Assembly (NCBI GenBank): GCA_016840405.1
Contig: JAEOSK010000023.1
Span: forward strand, 1 to 42,947
Length of the DNA: 42,947 nucleotides
Direction of reading: 5' to 3'
From: Candidatus Hermodarchaeum yapensis
Lineage (GTDB): Archaea; Asgardarchaeota; Hermodarchaeia; Hermodarchaeales; Hermodarchaeaceae
Shown: piece by piece, positions 36,239 to 42,947 of the stretch
Numbering within the stretch: the first letter of the stretch is position 1
Layout of the letters: every line of letters begins with the position of its first letter
Program-made: the position numbers and the translations under genes
The notes under the pieces: generated by a model
Told to the model about the DNA's origin: nothing
What the model saw: the letters and a program-made list of their open reading frames with translations, nothing else
Database searches by the model: none

Positions 36239-36625
36239 ATGCGTCTCGAAGCTATCGGAAAGAACATTAAGCTTTCAGTCTTTTGTGACATAGTGGAGAG
36301 ATTTTTGACTGAACAGACCTACCAGTCATCACGCCATCTAATAAAAAATGGATATTTTGTTGTCGGGCGACCCCTCTCACCCAAGGATAAACGCCCAAAT
36401 GTAGCCGTGATTGTAGAAGGGGAGCCTAATAAGTTCACAATCGAAATAATGCCCGTTAACCCGGATTCTGTGAGCGCAGGAATGAGAATCGGCGCCTTTT
36501 TCATTGGTACTGTTGCCGGCTTAGAGATTAGAAAGGCAGCGGAAAAACAGGATCAATTCATTGCGTTTGAAAAACTGTTTTGGGATTTTGTAAGGAAATC
36601 AATTGCAGAACATTCGAAGACTTAG
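36239..36625 (+). CDS. Hypothetical protein
   Basis: 128-aa ORF with ATG start filling the interval; no motif recognised. Confidence 0.6.
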   Translation: MRLEAIGKNIKLSVFCDIVERFLTEQTYQSSRHLIKNGYFVVGRPLSPKDKRPNVAVIVEGEPNKFTIEIMPVNPDSVSAGMRIGAFFIGTVAGLEIRKAAEKQDQFIAFEKLFWDFVRKSIAEHSKT

Positions 36626-36735
36626 TACCAACCTGAAATTAAAGATCGTACAAGCATACTGGTTGGGGTGGTTCGAGGAACGCTTTCGGAACTATTAATA
36701 ATAGCAATTAGCCATTCTCACAAACGTGAACAGCG

Positions 36736-37074
36736 TTGGATAAACAAAAGGCGATTTCGACTATTGTGTGGGCAATGATTGGTTTGGGAGTAATTCTTGT
36801 CATTAATCTTCTGATATTTCTCATTATGGGAATTTGGCATCCAATTTTGTTATTAATTGCCATGAGTAGTTTGACCTTTTTCGAAGCGGGAATAATCATG
36901 GTCATTGGGGGTCTTACATTAATGATAGGGGGTTTTCCATCTATTGGTAGAACAATCTATAATGAATGGAATCCAGAAAAAGCTAAGGAAACACGTGAAA
37001 TGAGCTACACGCCCCTTCTTCTTTCTGTTTTTCTATTCTTTGTTTCTATTACCACGTCACTGGTTTTCTTCTAA
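36736..37074 (+). CDS. Hypothetical three-TM membrane protein
   Basis: Three hydrophobic segments; TTG start. Confidence 0.6.
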   Translation: MDKQKAISTIVWAMIGLGVILVINLLIFLIMGIWHPILLLIAMSSLTFFEAGIIMVIGGLTLMIGGFPSIGRTIYNEWNPEKAKETREMSYTPLLLSVFLFFVSITTSLVFF

Positions 37075-37128
37075 CACGTGGGAATCAAAAACCGTCGTAG
37101 TGAGATGGCATTTCCTCTCATTCAGATG

Positions 37129-37175
37129 AAAAAAAAGGGGAGGGGGTAGGCTAAACGTTGATGAACGTCGCCTAC
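37129..37175 (-). terminator. Hairpin plus U-tract terminator of the second solute-binding protein gene
   Basis: On the minus strand, directly after the TAA: GTAGGC-GACGTT-catc-AACGTT-ta-GCCTAC, a C-rich spacer, then T8. Confidence 0.7.
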
Positions 37176-39089
37176 TTACCTTTTCCTCCAAAGATAGATT
37201 GCAATGACTGCAATCACAATGGCTGTGACAGCCACGCCAACCGCTGCGTACAAGGCAATCGGTGGTGGTGGAATAAATTCAGCAATCTCGTATCCTGCCA
37301 ACCGTAGTAGCCTTTTAGCCTCCTCTGTGTCATACCTGTAAGGTGTGATGTCATCGTTGAAGGCCGCAAGACTCGGTGGCATATACTCGTTTCCAGGTAC
37401 ACCATACCCATCGAGGATTTGATCGACGATAGCTTCTCTTGGAATCAAGTAGTTGAGAGCTTGTCGAACATACTTCGCGTACAAAGCAGCATTGTCAGGA
37501 TCAGTGATTCCGTTCGGTGTAGCTTCACCAGTTCCAAAAATGGGATGCATCATGTTCAAGCCGAAGGATTGGAAGCCAATCTCAGCATCGAACAACAGTG
37601 TACCCCAAGCAGGATCAACAGTTGATCGGAGGGGCGCAATGGCAAAGTTCGTGTCAACGAGGTCAATTTCACCAGTCTGCAAAGCTGTAATCGCCGAAGC
37701 CGCACCGTCGATGGCCCTATAGACCCATTGATCGGGCATTGCTGTAGTCATCCAACCGTTAACACCCTTGTAGTATGGGTACACGGTTGTATTGGCGATT
37801 CCAGGGTCGTTGGGTCCACCACGAATATCAGCGATGAAGGTGCGTGAGCCAAGATCCCAACCAGATTGCGGAATTCGGCACACGTAGGGTCCAAGACCCA
37901 TCGGACCATAAATAGTCATAGAATCGTTGTTAACATCATACGCAGTCCATGAAGCGCCGGTGGTGATGCCGTGAGTTCGCCATTCATCAAATGGTACGCT
38001 GTTCAATTGGGCATAGGGTAAGGGTGTGACGAGATTCAGTAGTTGCGGTGTCCAGGCATAGAGTGGTAAGCTCTCGTTGAAATGCACCCGAACCGTGTGT
38101 TCATCAAGAATGATGAAGCTCTCATTGGTCAAACCTACAGTGTAATAGTCGCCATATCGAACGGACGCTACGTCAGGTGTTACAATAGCCTTCCAGGTCA
38201 TAACGACATCGCTGGCGTTGAATAGGTGACCTGTAGGCCAGTACACATCATCACGAAGGGTAAGAGTCCAGTTATAACCGTTGTTTTCAACTACCCAATC
38301 ACTAGCTGCTAGTTGGGGAGTATAGGTGAACGTGGACATGGCATTGTTGTCCTCATAGTAGAAAAGAGAGTCGAAACAAACACCATAGGCGATGCCATCG
38401 TAGTAGGCAGTGGACATCATGTTATTGAAGTGTTTGGGATCGGTGTTCACACCGATGATAATCTCGTCAGCCCCTGGAATCCGAACCATTGGATCGCTTC
38501 CAGTAGGAAAGATTTGAGAGATATCTGGGAAGCCAACCATATCGGGATCATAAGCCCAGGTTTCATTTTCGTAGAGAAGAACTTGTAGGGCACTGATGTC
38601 ATGGGTGAGTACCTGTAATTCTTTTTGGTAGAGGATTCGTTGCGTTGCGTTGAGTTCGCTTCGAATGTTAACCAGAAGCTCTTCTACTTGAGGATCGTTG
38701 ATGAGACACCAGTTATAGATGGGGATCGAATCGTTGTCATACAGGGAGGTGGGATCAATCCAAGAGCTACCCCAATTCCACCCAATGAAAATGGAGTCCC
38801 AACCACCTTCAACGAAGGTGGCTCCAAGATCATCAGGAAGTGGAAAGAGAACTCGGTCAAGCCAGCCACCCCAGGTACCAATCGATACACGTGAATCGAT
38901 GCCGATACGTCTTAACGAATCTGAAATAACACCGGCCCATGCAATCCGGGCGGGGTTATTATCGCCGACACCGATATAGATTGTAAACAATGGAGCTTGT
39001 GCATTTACTGTTCCAATTGCAACAATCGGTGCAGCAGTAAAAAGCGAAATCGCTAGTATGGCTGTAATTTTCATTAGTTTTTTATTCAT
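37176..39089 (-). CDS. ABC peptide/nickel solute-binding protein (family 5), circularly permuted, C-terminal TM anchor
   Basis: Signal peptide; SLRRIGID and DPQVEELL precede LRDDVYWPTGHLFNASDV, GLGPY, VRQALNY and YDTEEAKRLL; ends in TM plus WRKR. Confidence 0.88.
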   Translation of the reverse strand: MNKKLMKITAILAISLFTAAPIVAIGTVNAQAPLFTIYIGVGDNNPARIAWAGVISDSLRRIGIDSRVSIGTWGGWLDRVLFPLPDDLGATFVEGGWDSIFIGWNWGSSWIDPTSLYDNDSIPIYNWCLINDPQVEELLVNIRSELNATQRILYQKELQVLTHDISALQVLLYENETWAYDPDMVGFPDISQIFPTGSDPMVRIPGADEIIIGVNTDPKHFNNMMSTAYYDGIAYGVCFDSLFYYEDNNAMSTFTYTPQLAASDWVVENNGYNWTLTLRDDVYWPTGHLFNASDVVMTWKAIVTPDVASVRYGDYYTVGLTNESFIILDEHTVRVHFNESLPLYAWTPQLLNLVTPLPYAQLNSVPFDEWRTHGITTGASWTAYDVNNDSMTIYGPMGLGPYVCRIPQSGWDLGSRTFIADIRGGPNDPGIANTTVYPYYKGVNGWMTTAMPDQWVYRAIDGAASAITALQTGEIDLVDTNFAIAPLRSTVDPAWGTLLFDAEIGFQSFGLNMMHPIFGTGEATPNGITDPDNAALYAKYVRQALNYLIPREAIVDQILDGYGVPGNEYMPPSLAAFNDDITPYRYDTEEAKRLLRLAGYEIAEFIPPPPIALYAAVGVAVTAIVIAVIAIYLWRKR

Positions 39090-39102
39090 TTTATTTCACA
39101 AA

Positions 39103-39139
39103 TCGGTTTTTCCGTGCTTTAAAAGTACACGGATACCGA
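39103..39139 (-). promoter_or_regulatory. 5'-leader stem-loop upstream of the second solute-binding protein
   Basis: TCGGT/ACCGA and TCCGTG/CACGGA arms; ends 13 nt before the ATG at 39089. Confidence 0.4.
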
Positions 39140-39306
39140 ATTTAGTTTGCTTCCCATTAATATTCATTACCGTATATGCAATTTATCGACTTTAATAGGG
39201 CGTTTAAATATGTAGACTGTAATTACAAGGCATAATTTAGAGTATAGTTGCCTCAAACCTAAATGATAAAAAATAAAACAGAGAATGGGCTGTATCTATC
39301 CAAGGA

Positions 39307-40338
39307 TTGGTTGCAAGGATGATTGAGATTACACGGTTGGCTCGGTTTCTGATTCGACGAATTTTGTTTAGTATTCCAGTCTTTTTTGGCGTAACGATTA
39401 TTGTATGGGCTTTAATGTATGCCGCAGGTGATCCAGTCCGACTCTTGCTGGCAGGCGTACCCTATATTACACCAGAAGTTGTGGAAAACCTGCGACGCTA
39501 TTATCATTTAGATCGACCCGTTTGGGAACAATACCTATTCTGGGTGTTTAATCTAGTTCAAGGAAACCTTGGAGAATCGTTTGTCTATAATCAACCAGTA
39601 TTACAACTCGTTATACCCTGGACAATTGAAACAGTCAAGCTACAGCTTTCCGCATTAGCTCTTGCATTGTTTCTTGCGATATTCATCGGAGTGTATTCTG
39701 CAAGGCATCCATATTCAATCACAGATATGGCGGTAACAACTCTAGCCTTATTAGGTGTCTCCATGCCAATCTTTGTGTGGGGAATTTTTGGCATCCTCAT
39801 CTTCTCATCTTATGCCCATTCAGCGACTACAGCCCTATTTGGTTTTCCAATCTATTTTCCACCCGTTGGAGCTCATGCTTGGAATTATCGCACATTCCCA
39901 TTTCCATTATTCCTCGCAGATGCCATCTGGCATATGATATTACCGATGTGTGTTCTAGCAATTACCTACATGGCGTTGTATGTACGCCTTGTGAGGTCGG
40001 GAATGCGGGAAACGCTTGAACAAGACTATGTTCTCGCAGCACGAGCAAGTGGCTTAAGTGACCGAAAAGTCGTGTACAAACATGCCCTGAGGAATGCACT
40101 CATCCCACTCATAACCTATGTAGGATTAGCAATCGCTACATCCTTTGCTGGTGCGCCTATTACAGAAACGGTGTTTACTTGGCCGGGGATGGGATACTAT
40201 TACGTCCAAGCATTGTATAGCCTTGACTTTCCCCTCATTATGGCAGTAATATCCATTCTGACGATTCTGATATTAGCTGCTAATATCATTGTCGATATGA
40301 CCTACGGGTTTATTGATCCAAGGATAACTGTGGAGTAA
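39307..40338 (+). CDS. oppB: Oligopeptide/dipeptide ABC permease (OppB/DppB)
   Basis: GDPV, GNLGESF, DYVLAARASG, ETVFTWPGMG and IDPRI motifs; the true start may be TTG 39337. Confidence 0.92.
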   Translation: MVARMIEITRLARFLIRRILFSIPVFFGVTIIVWALMYAAGDPVRLLLAGVPYITPEVVENLRRYYHLDRPVWEQYLFWVFNLVQGNLGESFVYNQPVLQLVIPWTIETVKLQLSALALALFLAIFIGVYSARHPYSITDMAVTTLALLGVSMPIFVWGIFGILIFSSYAHSATTALFGFPIYFPPVGAHAWNYRTFPFPLFLADAIWHMILPMCVLAITYMALYVRLVRSGMRETLEQDYVLAARASGLSDRKVVYKHALRNALIPLITYVGLAIATSFAGAPITETVFTWPGMGYYYVQALYSLDFPLIMAVISILTILILAANIIVDMTYGFIDPRITVE

Positions 40339-40345
40339 GATATCA

Positions 40346-41332
40346 ATGGAAGACGCTGAATATATTCGCGAATTAGAAACACGCGAGAGAGAAGCTGAAA
40401 AGAGACGAGAACGAATCGAAGAAGAAGTTGAAACACGGGGAGCCAGTCAGTGGCAACTAGTGTGGCGCCGATTCAGGAAAAACAAACCGGCACTTGTTGG
40501 TGCCGGAATCCTCATAATAATTTTATTTATGGCAGTTAGTGCACCATTCCTCACTTACATAGGAATCTTGGCTGATCCAAATAGTACCCAGTTCCTAATT
40601 GACCCTCCGGAACTTGGTGGTGGGGCAAGAGCACTACCCTCAATATTTCATCTATTGGGAACGGATAAATTGGGACGCGATGTTCTCAGTAGGATCTTTT
40701 GGGGAGCCCAAACAGCTCTTATTGTTGGAATAGTTGCCATGATCATATCAACACTCATAGCCTTTACAATTGGCGGATTAGCAGGCTATTTTGGAGGACG
40801 AGTCGATGCTGGTTTGATGGTGGTAACTGATGTCTTTCTCGTAATGCCTGTTTTCCTAATTATGCTACTGATGATTAAAATATTGACAGTCGTCGTGGTT
40901 TCTGGATTTGGCCTTTGGGTTGTAATAGGCGTACTTGGGATATTTGGCTGGCCGCAGATGGCACGAATGATACGCGCTGAATTCTTCAGACTCAAAACTC
41001 TAGATTACGTCGAAGCAGCCCGTGAACTCGGTGCTTCTAATCCACGAATCATGATTCGTCACATCCTCCCTAACGCCTTGGGACCCATCATCGTTGTGTT
41101 CACATTGGGCATAGCCTATAATATCCTCGCTGAAGCCGGATTGAGTTTCCTTGGCTTTGGTGACGCCTCAACTGTTTCGTGGGGCTGGATGATAAACATG
41201 GAATTAGAGATTGTATCAGTCCACCCCTTGCTCGTATTATTCCCAGCAATTTCAATTTTTTTCACAGTGCTCGCGTTCAACCTCATGGGTGATGGACTCG
41301 CCGACGCTTTAGATCCACGATTATGGAGATAG
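40346..41332 (+). CDS. oppC: Oligopeptide/dipeptide ABC permease (OppC/DppC)
   Basis: HLLGTDKLGRD, YVEAARELGA, RHILPN and GDGLADALDPR motifs. Confidence 0.92.
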   Translation: MEDAEYIRELETREREAEKRRERIEEEVETRGASQWQLVWRRFRKNKPALVGAGILIIILFMAVSAPFLTYIGILADPNSTQFLIDPPELGGGARALPSIFHLLGTDKLGRDVLSRIFWGAQTALIVGIVAMIISTLIAFTIGGLAGYFGGRVDAGLMVVTDVFLVMPVFLIMLLMIKILTVVVVSGFGLWVVIGVLGIFGWPQMARMIRAEFFRLKTLDYVEAARELGASNPRIMIRHILPNALGPIIVVFTLGIAYNILAEAGLSFLGFGDASTVSWGWMINMELEIVSVHPLLVLFPAISIFFTVLAFNLMGDGLADALDPRLWR

Positions 41333-41344
41333 GAGAAGGAACAC

Positions 41345-42367
41345 ATGGCAAATATAATGGAAATTGAAAATCTGAAGACCTACTTCTATACTGAAGCGGG
41401 GGTCGTAAAAGCGCTTGATGGCATCTCCTTTAACATTGAAGAGGACGTTACTCATGGACTTGTAGGAGAATCGGGATCAGGTAAAACTGTAACAGCCCTT
41501 TCAGTTCTTGGCATTGTCCCGAATCCAGGAAGGATCGTTGATGGTCGTGTCATATTCGAAGGCGAGAACCTCTTGGAAAAAAGCGACAAGGAAATGCAGA
41601 AACTACGAGGAGATAAAATCGCGATATCCTTTCAAGACCCTAGTACATCACTAAACCCAGTATTCACAGTAGGGAGTCAAATAGCAGAGGTTATTATGCG
41701 ACATCAAGATGTAACAAAAGAAGAAGCAAAGCAAGCTGTTATAGAAATAATGGAAGCCGTAAGAATACCTGAAGCAGAACAGCGATATTACGAGTATCCA
41801 CACCAATTCAGTACAGGGATGCGCCAGCGAATGGCTATTGCTAGATCCCTCTCTGCCCGTCCAGACATTCTCTTTGCTGATGAACCAACAACAGCGCTAG
41901 ATGTGACGATAGAAGCACAGGTCCTCAACCTCATGCAGGAGCTCCAAGATAAATTTGGTATGGATTTAGTTATGATTACTCATGATATGGGAGTCATTGC
42001 TGAGATGTGCAAGCGTGTCACGGTCCTTTATGCGGGTCGTGTCTGTGAAACAGCCAATGTAGATTCAGTTTTCCATGAACCTAAACACCCGTATACTCAG
42101 GCATTGTTGACATCAGTACCCTCAGTTCTTGGGAAAATCAAGAGATTATCAGTAATTCCAGGCACGATTCCTGACCTAATTCATCCACCATCGGGTTGTC
42201 GATTTCATCCTCGCTGTGCATTTGCAAAAGATGTTTGCAAGAAGGAAATGCCAGATGCGGTGGAAGTTGCTAAGGGACATGAGAGTGCATGTGTTCGAAT
42301 CGATGAAATCAACGATGAACTTCAAGCCCGATTGAAAAAAGCCCGGGAGGAACAGGCAAGTGACTAA
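41345..42367 (+). CDS. oppD: Oligopeptide/dipeptide ABC ATP-binding subunit (OppD/DppD)
   Basis: GESGSGKT, FSTGMRQR, ADEPTTALD and GCRFHPRC motifs. Confidence 0.92.
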   Translation: MANIMEIENLKTYFYTEAGVVKALDGISFNIEEDVTHGLVGESGSGKTVTALSVLGIVPNPGRIVDGRVIFEGENLLEKSDKEMQKLRGDKIAISFQDPSTSLNPVFTVGSQIAEVIMRHQDVTKEEAKQAVIEIMEAVRIPEAEQRYYEYPHQFSTGMRQRMAIARSLSARPDILFADEPTTALDVTIEAQVLNLMQELQDKFGMDLVMITHDMGVIAEMCKRVTVLYAGRVCETANVDSVFHEPKHPYTQALLTSVPSVLGKIKRLSVIPGTIPDLIHPPSGCRFHPRCAFAKDVCKKEMPDAVEVAKGHESACVRIDEINDELQARLKKAREEQASD

Positions 42368-42947
42368 TAAAGATGTTATTCTTAACGTGAACGATTTACA
42401 GAAATATTTCGAAGTAACCACAAAGCAAATCATTGGATCAAAGAAAACCGGAGTAGTTCATGCGGTTGACCATGTTAGCTTTGATGTCTTTCGTGGTGAA
42501 ACACTGGGGCTTGTAGGCGAAAGCGGCTGTGGAAAGACTACAACAGCACGTACCATTCTTGGACTAACTCCAGCCTCTGGAGGAGAAGTCCTGTACAATG
42601 GTGAGAACCTTCTTGCAGTCTGGAAAGAGGGAAGCCGTGACGAAAAAATGAAATACCGTCGGAAAATGAAACTCGTTTTCCAAAACCCTTGGACATCCTT
42701 GAATCCCAGGATGCCAGTCAAAGACATCGTATCTGAAGGATTCCAAATTCATGACATTATAGAAAAAGAGGACGAACGAGACCGTCTTTATGATCTACTC
42801 GGCGAGGTTGGTCTTGAGCCTTATCACGCTGAACGGTTTCCTCATCAATTTAGTGGGGGACAACGCCAGCGTATCGTGATCGCCCGAGCGTTATCAGTTG
42901 ACCCCGAATTTATTTTCGCAGATGAACCTGTAGCTTCATTAGACGTT
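42360..42947 (+). CDS. oppF: Oligopeptide/dipeptide ABC ATP-binding subunit (OppF/DppF), truncated by the window end
   Basis: Absent from the ORF track. GTG at 42360 after GGAGG reads MTNKDVILNVNDLQKYF-HAVDHVSF-GESGCGKT-FSGGQRQR-ADEP and stays open to the window edge. Confidence 0.9.
   Translation, partial: MTNKDVILNVNDLQKYFEVTTKQIIGSKKTGVVHAVDHVSFDVFRGETLGLVGESGCGKTTTARTILGLTPASGGEVLYNGENLLAVWKEGSRDEKMKYRRKMKLVFQNPWTSLNPRMPVKDIVSEGFQIHDIIEKEDERDRLYDLLGEVGLEPYHAERFPHQFSGGQRQRIVIARALSVDPEFIFADEPVASLDV

Noticed and set aside
246-42752. The many 60-125 aa ORFs overlapping larger genes
   Set aside because: Antisense or alternate-frame shadows of well-supported genes, with no recognisable motifs.
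1-42947. CRISPR arrays, tRNA/rRNA genes, transposases, integrases, inteins
   Set aside because: I saw no regularly spaced repeats, cloverleaf-like segments or matching protein motifs. Small RNAs could be missed without a covariance-model search.

Overview
Archaeal DNA, most probably from an Asgard archaeon. This rests on a schizorhodopsin-like opsin, an unprenylated Rab-like GTPase, a longin-like protein, form III RuBisCO, TrpB2 and solute-binding proteins with C-terminal anchors. The left half (about 1.3-19.9 kb) looks more AT-rich and is accessory-like. It starts with a quinone/sulfur module (flavodoxin, menA, polyprenyl synthase, geranylgeranyl reductase, SQR-like protein, tusA). A contiguous light/photoprotection island follows: a haloarchaeal-type C50 carotenoid pathway (crtB, crtI, crtD, lyeJ, and a cruF broken by three in-frame stops), an unannotated B12-binding domain remnant, a PNPOx-like flavoprotein, CPD photolyase, a Staygreen (Mg-dechelatase) homolog, BCP peroxiredoxin, a cytoplasmic fasciclin, a schizorhodopsin-like opsin with a non-canonical F-S-S helix-C motif, and a Cys-motif-less thioredoxin-fold protein. 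fixCX closes this half. The right half carries an alkaline-phosphatase-family enzyme, a longin/Zn-ribbon protein convergent with the Rab-like GTPase, trpB2, a presenilin-like GxGD protease, form III RuBisCO and two Opp/Dpp ABC systems whose binding proteins are circularly permuted at two different points. I saw no rRNA, tRNA, CRISPR array or transposase. All family calls come from motifs recognised by eye; no searches were run.
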